A stretch of 64,000 bases of DNA from Candidatus Omnitrophota bacterium. GTDB lineage: Bacteria; Omnitrophota; Omnitrophia; Omnitrophales; JACROU01. This document shows positions 16,901 through 28,900 of the stretch, one piece after another. The DNA lies in assembly GCA_016214265.1 (NCBI GenBank), contig JACROU010000024.1:5223-69222 (forward strand). Reading direction: 5' to 3'. The notes under the pieces were generated by a model. The model saw nothing but the letters and a program-made list of their open reading frames with translations, ran no database searches and was not told the origin of the DNA. The position numbers and the translations under genes were made by a program. Numbering within the stretch: the first letter of the stretch is position 1; the number at the start of each line of letters is the position of its first letter.

Positions 16901-19900
16901 AAACATCCGGTTTGTCTGGGCTTCAAGCGCGGCTTTGTCTTTGGAAAGTTCTTTGTGACGCTCGCTGAGCATGGCGCGAATCGAATCTTTTTGTTTTTCC
17001 TTTAGCTGTTCCTCGAGCCGGTTCATGCCTTCCCGGTTAATGTTCCAGGTTTCAAAAACGGCTTTGTCGCGTTTTGCGAATACGTCAACGTTTGCAAACA
17101 GCTCTTGGGCGATAGTTTGAATTTCACTCTCATTAATGACACCACGGTCAACAAGCTCTCGCAGATAAACTGAAAGCGCTTCCCGAGGATTAGCGAGGAA
17201 GGCGTTAATGTCATCAAGATTGTTGAGTCCTTTGACATAGTCAATTGCCAGTTGAGCGACGCGGTCTCCTTTTCGCGCGTCTTCTTCCAACGTATGGGCC
17301 CGATTGAAAAGTCGTAAGTCATGTTTCGGAATACTGTGGCCACGAATTTCTTCCTCAAGGTCATTATCGATTAACTGCCAGAAAAGCCGATCGTGCACTT
17401 TCCGCAGCTCTCCGGTTCGTTTCAGGAAATGGCCGTGCACATCCACGTAGAAGATGGTTTTGCCCTGAGCATTTTTCTCGTTGCTTGTTTGCACTGCCAG
17501 AGATTCACGAGAACTCATGGATTTTGTATCCGGATTAAAACGGACAACAAAAACACGGTCGTCCACTTTCGATTCACGCATCATCGCTCCGGCTTTTTGC
17601 TGCGCCTTTTTCTCGATTTCAGCGTAAATTTTCCCGAGCTCTGTGGTGGCCTTGAAATCCGCATATTCTTTTTCGAGCTGCTCGAGTTTTGCTTGTGCTT
17701 CTTCCTTCGTCATTCCCGCGGGCAATTCTTTCCTTCCCTCCGCGTAGGAGCGCATCGCCTCGATTCCCGTCTTTTCATCATGGAAGCGGGCGAGCTCTTT
17801 GTATTCCGCTTCATTCACAGGGGCGTTATTTTCCCGGTCAGCCTGAATGGTCTTTGAAATTAACGGAGCGATAAATGCGCCTAGCTGCGGCAGTTCTTTT
17901 AGCAAATCATCCCATGTTTTTCGCTCGGCTGTAACCGCTGTGGTAATTTTTTTGGCCAGCTTGTCTATTTCCGTTGTAACTTTTGGCTCCGCTCGATTGA
18001 CAATAGCCTCTGCTTTATCGCGTAATGCTTGCGCTTTTTCAGGCTGTTTTTCCTGAATGGCGTCGGCTTGGCGCAGTAAATCAACGGCCTTTTGCAAGTT
18101 AGCCAGTTTTCCTCGTTTGATTTTTAATTGCTCCAAAGCGGATTTTAAGTTTCCTTCAATTTCATTAAGAGAAGTCTGGTGATCACTCGCTCCTTTACCC
18201 CCCTTAGCTTCTTTAAGATAAGTCCGTATTTTTTCGATGCCATTGTCTTTAAGTTGATCGTAAGCGCTCTGAGTTTCATTATCCTTATCCGCTTTCTTTA
18301 TTTTGTTGATGGTTTTAATGATTTTCGCTAGCTGCGAAACCATCTTCTTGGCGTCGATGGTTTTATCCTCTGGATGATTCAGGCTGTAAACCAGCATCTG
18401 AACCCCGTTGATTAACAATTCCTTTTCTTCATCGGATACGGGAACCTTCTCAGCAATCAGGGCACGGGCAATGTCGCGTATCACAGATTGAGCACGCATA
18501 TTCGATGAGAATGGTGAAGCGAGAGCATATCCGATTTTGGCCAGCGCGTTTCTCACCGCGCCCCGTTGCTCATGAAGAGTGAGGGCCAGTGCCGTTTGTC
18601 CAATTTCAGCTGGACCGGGAATATCTTTGTAAGCGCCGGGATTTTGTTTGGTCTTGAAATCCCGGGCAGCAATCGAAGCATCCACATTCGCGGCGAAGCG
18701 GCGAATTTCATCCTGACGCATTTTCGCGATGCTTCCCCCATTCTTTGACGCGGCGACCGCCATCAAAGCTGCCTGGGCATCCAAACTAATAGGAGAGGTT
18801 TGAAGCAGCAAGGCCAGCTGGGCCATGATTTTTACGGGATCTTCTTTAGAGACTGAAGCCAAACTTTGTGCGGCACCCTGAAGTTTTCCGACAGAGTTAT
18901 TCCTGAAATAATTCGCGAATCCGATTTCCAGGGAATTCCACGTTTGTGCGACGCGGGTTCTAACACTGGGCCACAACAGGTCACGCGGCGATGCCAACGT
19001 CACCATGGCATTTCGTACCCAACTCTTTAATCCCTTTAACGGTCCCTTGATTTCTCCAAGCGTTTCATCAAGCCGGGCACGAGCGACCGCTTTTTTCTCC
19101 ATCGTTTTATCCATTTTGTCTTTCAAATCCTGGCCGTGGTAGAAGCGCTTCTCCTGCTCCTTCTCAAAATTGATAATGGGCTTGACCGCGTTCTGCAATT
19201 GTCTCGCGACATTTTTATCCGCGATATTTGCTGCAAGCTTATCGACGAGTTCTGCCATCGCGAGGCCACGGTTTCGATTGCTTAGCGCAGAAGTAATCTC
19301 CGCCTTAATCTCGTGCGTGCTCAAATCAACGCCGGATTTGCTCAAGAGATCAAGAAAATTCGTCATGGGAAGTACGGTTTTGAGTAGATCCGAATTGATC
19401 ATCCAGACCGGAATCGTTCTATCCTTCATCAGCGCGGCCAATGCGGCAATCAACGCTTTCTCGTCCTCATCTTTCGGAGGCGGAATACCCAACACTTTAA
19501 GCAGAGGTTTAAGTTTCTGCACAGCTCCGCCAACCCCTTCTTTCGATGTTTTCATCGCGGCGAACGCCTTCACCAAATCTTCACCGGTCGCTGTCAATTT
19601 GCCGCGTCCGTCCACATATCCCTGCTCGCGGGCCGTTTTGACTAATTGCTGGAATTCCGCGTCCGTAACAGATCCTTTTTCGATAATATTTTCTTTCTCA
19701 AGTTCTTTGACGTTATCGGAGGCGGAAATAGCACGGGTGGTAACGAAATGCTGAGCCGAGGGCTGCGGAGCCACTCTGGGGATATCGGTTTCGCGAATTT
19801 TCTGATTGATGAGACGTGCGACTTCGGCGGGACTTCTGGCTTCGGCAATGCCATGTTCTTTCAAGCGTTGGCCGTTTAAGTTTAATTCTTTCGTTTGATC

Positions 19901-22900
19901 AAACGCTTCACGTGTCGGCGCCCGCGCCAGATCCGGAACGACCATCCCCACTTTAACGCCTTCCACCTGTGACTCAATCACTTTACCGGTGGCATCGACC
20001 ACGATATATTTTGAACCATCTGCCTCCAGATACAGCGTTTTCGACGTATCGTTTAGCGTCAGCTCGCCCATCTGATTCATGGCTTTGATTTGTGCCTCGA
20101 TCTGATTCCGAATCGCTTCAGGCAATGCACTGGCTCTCGATGCGGTTTTTAAAATGGCCTCGAGGAATGATTTGTTTTTCTTTAAATTATTGCGCAGGCC
20201 GTCAATTCCTTTCTGAGCGCCGCCTAAATTCGTGTCGGTGTTCTTTCCTTTCTGCTCCTGAAATTTAGCACGCTCTTTTGAGAGCACTTGGATGATAGCG
20301 TCCTTCTCGCTTGCCGATAGTTTTGTATTCGCTAAAACATTGGCTTTCATATCTTCCAGGAATGTCACCAGCGCGGCATCCTGCGAATCGGTGAGGGCCC
20401 GATACATATTTTTTTGCACCGAATAGGTTTCGTTGTCCTGAAATGTGTTCCGGAGGGCAACGACGGCCAATGGGACGCGGCGGGTTTTGCCCGGAATTTC
20501 ATTTTCAACAATTTGCCAGTTTTCATCAACGATCACTTCTCTTGAATTTCGAATATCGTCCGTGGTTTTAAACTCTTCGATTACTTTACCTTCACGGTCT
20601 CTGGCCGCAAATCCGCCAATGAAACTCACATCCACTGAATGATATAAAGCCATGTTGTTGACGCCGGCATCACTAGGGCTTGTCGTAAAGAGTCCATCCG
20701 GTCGATTGACTTCTGCGGCAAGTTGTTCGGCTGTGATTTTCCCTTCCCGGAACATCTGGGCAGCACCCGCCGTGCGGGCGTAAACGAATTGATCGGAAAC
20801 TTTTCCGTTTTTGTCCGTCACGCGAATGCGGACACCTCGATCGCGTTTGACCAGCTGTTCAAAGTCATACATATTGGTCTCGGAATTGGCAAAAGCGTGA
20901 AAAGCCACATCCGGTCCCGTGGAAACGTCGACACCGCGTGTCGCGCCCAGGTTAAAAAATACGCCTACCCGTTCTCCACGTGCCTTGGCGTCCATCAAAT
21001 AAGATTTCAAGCCTTCCGACAGCGATTCCGTCGACCTTACTACTTTCCCATCCTTCATCGTGAGCTTAATCCACTTGGTTCCCTGATCTTTGATGAATAC
21101 CGTTTGAAACTGACCGCTTGCCAATAATTTTTCCTGTAACGGATTGATCATCTCCGCGGTTTCATCGATGTCTGATTGCCCATCTAGAAACACGTGATGA
21201 AAACTTGACGAGTCTTTATCCACGTTAATATTATCAAGTGCGGTGCGAATATCTCTTGATTGCGAAATATTGTCTTTGGTGAACCACCCCTGATCAAAGG
21301 CATTGGCGTACACATATTTGGCAACGTCCACATTATAAATTTTCTCTAAAATATTTTTCATGTGCATCAGTGTGCCTGAAAACCCGCTGAAATCGGATCC
21401 ACCTTTCCGGAACGCCATAATCGTTTCAAGCCGTGAGGAACGAATAGACTCGGCCGACTTTTTAATCTTTGAGAGAAAATCTTTGCGCGCTTCCGCCTTC
21501 TTAATGTCTTTTCCCAGGAATCTTAAGAAAATCAGCTGAGTGAACGCCTGCAGGTAGGCGTCGGATTGCTGCAATTGCGGAGCAACCGCATTACCCGCCA
21601 TCACTTTGATCGTGTCTCGAAGCTCAAAATATTGCGTGAATGAAATCAGATTTTCTTTGGCAGCGCGTTTGAATGTTTCCTTCGCCCGAAGCGCCACAAT
21701 TTTGGTGTCCGTGGTCGGTGTCCCTTCAATCAGAATTTTTATTTGCGCCGGTGTGAGCCCCATATCCCGGATATCGACCATGAGCGGCTGAAGCAGATTG
21801 GTCTCGCTTTGCGTGAGCTGACGCGGCGCTTTGACGCCCTCTTTCTCGAACATTTCAGCGTAATAAGCGATTTGACGACCTTCATATTGTTTGAGCGAAT
21901 TAGACAGGCCAACGAGTGAAGCGCGGAATTCTTTGACGATTTCGCGGCGATCTTCGACAAGCGAGTCTAATTCGGAATCTTTCATCTGAATCATTTTCGC
22001 CGCTTCAGCAGCCGTAACGCCCGGCATTTTCTTCGCTAGGGCTTCTGACAAAACATCCAGCAGTTCTTTATTGTTCAAATCAAACTTCACATCGTGAATC
22101 ACCGCGGCTTTTCCCTGGGCTTTTTGCTCTAAATATTGTGTCCACGACATCGGGCCGATGATTCTGTCTGATTTGTGGTCATACAACCTGACGTAAGTCA
22201 GACTTCTTAACGCGTCCAGATAATCTTTTCCTTTAAGCTCGCCGATTTTGCCTTTCCCCTTAATCTCGAAACCGAGAAGGATGTCATCAATCTCTGAAAT
22301 GTTATTTTGCGCGCTTTCGGCAATTATATCTTCCGAATCCTTGCCTTGTTTTTGTACGCCATTGGCATCGGCGTTGGTATCGGCTTCATCGTAAATCGTG
22401 CGGTTATTGGAGACCATCAGTTTGTGAAACTCGATTAAATTCTTCTGCGCTTGCAAATCGCGGACGTTTAACTGTTTCTCACCCTTGGTGTCCTTAAGCT
22501 CGTTATTGAGAAAATCAATGGTGGTGGCCTCCACGATGATAATGCCGCCTTCTGCTTTCATCTTTCTTAACTTTTCAAGCTTTTCGGTATCGCCTTGCGC
22601 AATGGCCTGCAAGTCCTCTTGCTTGATCACCATGCGATTCATCTTCTTTCTCTCTATCATTTTATTTAAATCTTTATCCTCCACCGTTTCCGTAAACAGC
22701 ACTTCATTCGGTAGAGCAAATATCGTGATATCCCCGTTCACCCGGCCGATGGAGTCCAGATGCTTTTGGAGCGCAGAATTTTTATTTTTTTCTTTATCGT
22801 TTTTGAAGGCTTGATTCAAATGCGCGGCAGCAGCAAAAATAACCGCTGTTTTTCCGGTACCGGCAGGAATTAAGTGGAAGGTGTTGCCATTGATGGCGAG

Positions 22901-25900
22901 ATTCACGACGGCCAGAAATACTTCCACATCATTTCGAATTCCCAGCTGAGAAAAACCATCCATCGTTTTGACGTAATCATCGACAGCTTCGTTAATGAAT
23001 ACGGCGAGAGCGCGCTGTTCTTTCGTTCCCACGTTTTCATCCGCGCGCATAATCACTTCTGTTACACCATTCTGGGAAGTGATGACTTCCTTATAGATAA
23101 CACCGCCTAGCGCTTTCCCCTTGCCGATGAGCGTTTTTTCAATAATTTCCCTGTGCGAACCCACTGCGCTTTTTCTCGCTTCTCTTGATTTGCCGCTATC
23201 CGATAGCGCCTGCCGTTTGGTGTCTCGCTCCGAAACCACCTTTCCGCGTTCTGCTTCAAGCGATGCAGTTACTCGCGCCGGCGGACCACGAGGTGCTTCG
23301 CGTTCGAGAAGGGCGATTTGTTGTCTGATCGTGGTCTCTTTCGCCAAAACTGATTTGAGATCCGACTGAGCCTTGGCGAGTTCTGCTTCCAGTGCCGCCT
23401 CTTGTTCCGGCCCGGCTCGTGTCGGCATGGATTTTTTGAGAGCATCGAGACGTTTCATATCGGCTAAACGGGTAGATTCCAAAACTTTCAGTTCATGGCG
23501 CAATTGAAGCAGTTGTTCGCTTGCTACCCGTGCTGCAGCCTTTTCGGTAGCCTTCGTCGCCTGTGGCACAGCACTTGGAGACAAAACATTTTTAAGTCCC
23601 ATCGTCTGAATAATCGAGGTCGCAAATGAACGCAGACCGATAATGTCTAGCCGCGCTAGTTCTAATGCTTTGGCCTTGGCATCAATTTCATTCGGATCCG
23701 CTTTCTCAGATTTCCTGAGCGCTTCAAGTGCGCTCCGTTGGGCCTCATACCGGCTTTCTTGTTGTGAAATAACCTTGGCCATGATTTCGAGCCACGCTTC
23801 CGCCTGCTTTGCATTGGATCTCAATGATGCATCGGTGAGCAGCTGGCTGATCTCAAAGGCCGTCAGATTTTCGTTGTTGCTAAGTTTTTGCTGAATGGCT
23901 GTTAAAAGCGCTGTTCCTGCAAGTGCAAAAGCTTGAGTCGGCCCTTGAATTTGAGCCGTTTTCAGAACTGCGATTTGCTGATCCGTTTCTCTGACTTGGG
24001 CCTCAAGTGTTTGCGCTTGGGCTTGCACTTCAGCTATCCGGGAATCCATCGCGGCTTTCATTGCGTCTGTTAAAACGTAATCGGGTGAGGCCTTGAGCGT
24101 TTCCAGCTCTTTGGCAAGCTGATCATTTTGAGTCTCGAGCTGGGCGATTCTTCTTTCGTAAGCTGCGCGCGCCGCGGAATCCGTTTCGACTTGAGCCAAT
24201 TTTGAAAGCGATTTTATCCGCATCTGATTAACACCCAATTGGCCTTCCAGGAAACTGGACCTGGTAACATAAGCTGGATTAACGCCACGCCGTAGAGCTT
24301 CTGCCTGAGTGCGTTTTAAATTTGTGAGATTTTCAGTTGCACGGCTAGCCTCCTGACGGGATTGATTGGCTTGGGTGACTAGCTGTCCGATTTTGTCGGC
24401 TCGGGATGACTCTTCGGAAGTCAATTTCTGCTTGGCCGTGACAAGGTATGAATCTGTTTTCACAACCTCTCCGGCCGCGTCGAGGTAATTGATTGAGACT
24501 CGTCCAGCGCTATCAGCCGTTATTTCGGACCGTGCGAGCGATTGAGAGGCATCGGCCTCAATATTCATCACCAGTTTCAGGTTGGTATCATAAACAGCCA
24601 TCTGCTTGTCATTCAGCACGGAAAGTCTTGAAACCAAATTGCCCGTTGCGTTTTGAATAATTATTTCCGATTGATTTTTTCTGGCGGAATCGTTGGTTGA
24701 AATTCTGGTGGTGGTTGAACCATCTGCTGATGCAACAGAGCTGATTTTAAGTCCGTTATGCCCTGCAATCGTCATCAGCACGTTTCCATTAGCATCCTGA
24801 GCCACAAATCCTACGTCGTTTCGCGCCAAACTCATAATCGGCATTGGACGACCCTCGGCATCTTTGACAAGTCCGGTCTGCCCCCCCTGTTTGAATACAT
24901 CCACTCGCAAAATATTTCCTTGCTGATCCATGGTGATGGAATATTCCCCACCTTCGGAGGTAATCACTTTTGCGACAAGATTTCCATTTATGTCTCGCGA
25001 GGTATCCAGTCCGATGATATCGCCTTTCAGCTCAAGCTGGGGAGTCTCTCTGTCACCAAAAGTAGTTCGATTATCTCCACGGTTGATATTGAGCGCTGTG
25101 CCTTCCAGGACAATAGAATGATCTGTCACGATGAGACTGTCTGTTTTATCTACACTCGAACTGAATATAATTGCCGCCGTGCCTTCCATCACTGCGACGG
25201 CAACTTTTCCGCCCTCACGAACTTCTCCTCCCAATTGAGCCATGACGACTTGACCGCGCGCAAGGGCATTCACCAGCAAACGAGGTGAACCCTGATAATT
25301 TTCGAGAATCGAAATCAGAAGCACCTTGTCGATCTTGTTGATATTTTCAGCAAAAAGCCGGAGTGTTTCGGCATCGATTTCGGAGAGATCTCGATTCATA
25401 AATAGACGAGCGACGAGACTCGCGGCATCCGTTGATTCGGAGGCAACTGAGTCCATCAAATTCTCCACGGCTCGTTCATACGCTTCCCTGGCAGTAACCG
25501 CCGCTGGCGCTTCCTTGACAAGGCCTTGCTGTCTTTCAATCATCTGAGAGATTTTAATGGCCAGTGCTTTCGGATCCTTCAAATCCGCTTCGCTGATGTA
25601 GAGAATTTCCTTACTGTTCGAATCAATGCTGTAAGTTCCGGCTCCGATAAATACAGCAACTTCGTTGAGAAGCCCAATTCCGCCAGTCATTTCGAGGGCC
25701 AATTTTATTCCCCGGTCCAACGAATTTTTTACCTGCCCCGCGTCTCCCCGAGTCATCTGCACTTCCGCCCCTTCATTAGTAAGGCTTGCGGTACCGAAGA
25801 GTTCAATCTCAAGCTCGCTTAAAGCGATCAACTCAACGTTTCCGTTCACCAAAGCATCTTCCAGGATGGCCGCTGCAAGCTCCATTTGTCCCTGAAGGAC

Positions 25901-28900
25901 AAGTTCGTCAATAAGCGTGAATACACCGCTCTGGATTTTTAACCCCTCAACAGATCGGGTTGCATCAACACCTTTTGTAATTTTGATGAAGAGATCTTTT
26001 AGGGAGGCGCTGTCTCTGCCCTGCTGATAATTTTGAACTGCCAATTGCGCAAGAACTCGAAGACTTTCAAGATAAGAAGAATTTAGCAAGTTCTGGGCGG
26101 TATCAAATTCAGCGCCGCTGGTGACTTCACGCGACGCCAAATCTGCGTTTAAAGCTTCTGCAGAATTTAAGACATTATCAATCAGTAGCTGAAGCACTGC
26201 ACTGGTATCAAGGTGTGATTTTTCTACTGCCAGTTGAGTCAGCAGTAATCGACTCTCAACCAGAAGTTGTGTATTCACTGCAAGCTCAAGTTGTACGCCG
26301 GTGAGACCGGTACCAGCGGCTTGTGCACGTTCAAAGGATGCAAAAACCTGAGCCGAGGTGACGGTACTTGAAGGAGTTGACACAGCGACAACAGGGACTG
26401 GTACATTATTGTTTTGTGCCCGGAATGTGGCCAAAACAACTTGCTGTGATTCATTGACTAGTCTGAGTAATTGAACAAGGGCCAGGATGTTTTCTTCGGA
26501 CGCTGATTTTTCAAGATTAAGCAGTTTGAGTAAATCATCCAGGCTCAATTTGGTTACAATCACGTTGCCGGCCGCATCCAGACTGATCATTCTTCCCCCG
26601 TCGGGCGTAACGATCAACTCATAAGCTTTCTTGCTATCCAAAAAGCCTTGAATATCGGTGCTGGACGGTTCTCCTGACTCCGGATGATTGTGCGTCAGAA
26701 GTTTTACCTGATCCGAATTTAAAAATGCGGTTAACGCATCAGTGGTTCGAACCTCTTCCGTAGTTCCCGTGGAATAGACGACAAATTTGCCACCCACAAC
26801 AACAATCAGAACCTCGTACCCAAGTTTTTGAATTCTCTCGAGCATCGAGAGAGTGAATGCATTTTCTTCCATCACAAAAGCAACTGGCTTTTGCTGTCCG
26901 GGTTGCGCGTTAAAGTCGAGAGCATCCATGATGGGGCCGAATGCCTTCGTTTGTATGGCTAGATTGAATGTGGAAGTCGTTATTTGTTTAATCTTTGCCT
27001 GCTGCACCGCCGGCATTTGATCGGCTAGCGCCACCATCTGCGCGAAAATCCCCATTTTTTCCAGAATGTTCACCCGGGAATCTTGTAACTTGCTATTTAA
27101 AGCATCGTACTGGGCTAACAAATTCATCATGGTTTCAGCCGTCTTCAGAGATTCTCCCGTCATCGCACTGAGTGCTCTCATATTATCCATGGGCAGAGCG
27201 GCCTGAGAAACTTGAGCGATAATCTCGGGTGTAGCGTCTGTTCGCTGTGCGACTGCTTGCGTCAACGCATCGATACTTGCCATGGCGGATTTCACCTGAA
27301 TTTCGATAGCGGCCAGCGCATCACGCGCAGCTTTCATGACTGTCGGATCCGTGGTCTCGGCGATAATTTTCTGAAGCGCGCCGGCAGCTTCCATTTGAGA
27401 TTGAATTTGCGCGATCAAGGTCTGAATTTGGGTTGATATCGCCACGGCATCAATCGGGTTTGCGGTGTTTTGAACACTGGCGGTAGTGTCCGTCACGGGC
27501 TGCTGGGCATCAGTAATTGCCTGCGTTGTTTGCGGAGCCGCTTGCCTGTCACTCACAATTGTTTCCATCGCCAAAACACGGCTGGTCATTTCCGTGTTTG
27601 TTTGATTGATGTTGGCCGCGGCCGCAACTGAAAGATTTTGCGCAAGAGCGGTGGCAATTTGATTCAATTCTGTGAGTGATTCACGTGCTGCCTGAACTCC
27701 CTTTTGTGCGAGCGCCGGATCGTTCGTTGCTGCGGCGGCATCAAGAAGCATTTGGATTTCCATTTGCAAATCCGCCATGCGCTGAAATTGATTTGCGATT
27801 TGTGTGATAGCGGCCAAATTGGATTCTAGCTGAGAAACTTGTTTTTGAACTTCCTGAACAACCTGTTCGCTGACCACTCCTTTGGCCTGCAATTCCTGAA
27901 GAATGGCGAGCGTCATTTGAGCTGATGCCACAGCATCGCGGGCTGTGGTTTCAAGCGTGCGAGCGCTTTCGAGTTCCGTCGCGTTCTGCGTTCTGGCGGT
28001 TGCCTGGGAGATGGCTCCCGTAGCATCACTCAAACTGCTGACTGCTTGAGATGCCCTCGTTACATTTGCTGCCTGCTCGGCCAGACGTGTTACCACATTT
28101 TGTGCGGCTTCAACCGCTGATTGGGGAACAAATCCTTCCCGGGCCAGCTGTTGAATAGTCGCAAGATTCGCTTCAGCAGATGCGAGGCTTGCTTGGATAT
28201 CGCTAATGATTTGCCCCGCCGCTTGCACGTCAAGATTACTTTGCGCGGTTTGCGCACTTTGTTGTGTCGCGACTGCATTCGCGTCAATTTTTGCAGCAGA
28301 CACGGCGGCTTTCTGGGCTCCAGCGAGTTCTGTTTGTGCCTGTACGGCCGCTTTCGATGTTTGATCGATTTCGGCTTGGGATGCTCCAGCAGCTTTCTGC
28401 ACATCCATCTGCTGAAGCAAATTATTAAGCCCCTGGGTTTTCATCATGACGACGTCCGCAAACGCCTGCGCAGCATCCATACGCTCTTGGTCACCCGACT
28501 CTTGAGCCTCTTGCAGTTGTTTTATCGCGTCATCAATGCTCGCGATCTGAGCATCAATCGCGGCATTACGTGCCGCGGCATCTTTTTGCGCCTGAGTCCT
28601 CATATCTTGTGTCGCTGTGGTGACTGTGCCGTCGGACTGTTGAGTGGCCGTGACTTGCTGACTGTCTGTGGTAGTTACGGTAACCACCTCGTTACCTGAA
28701 CTATTCGTCGCGACTTCAATATTGGCAGCCGTGCCTGCCTGAGTCATAACCACATTACCGTTTGAATCCAACAATTTGATTTGCGACTCTTGCCCAAACT
28801 GATTTTGAGACTCAATCACCGTGTTTCCACCGTCGGTTTGTGTGACCGTGAATTGAGCGCCCGTGGTCAATGTGTACGTGGTTTGCGTTCCTCCATCCAC

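Noticed and set aside
28121-28699. Long plus-strand ORFs inside the giant gene, including 28121..28699 (192 aa), 36762..37379 (205 aa), 37853..38434, 46112..46777 (221 aa), 50486..51121 (211 aa), 50808..51566 (252 aa) and 56760..57329 (189 aa).
   Set aside because: All are antisense to a continuous 43.6-kb ORF. They have low-complexity or Cys/Arg/Phe-rich compositions typical of antisense frames of Ala/Ser/Thr/Lys-rich genes (for example, 56760..57329 mirrors the KE-rich linker). They lack start contexts. Several occur as twin copies only because the sense gene is repetitive.
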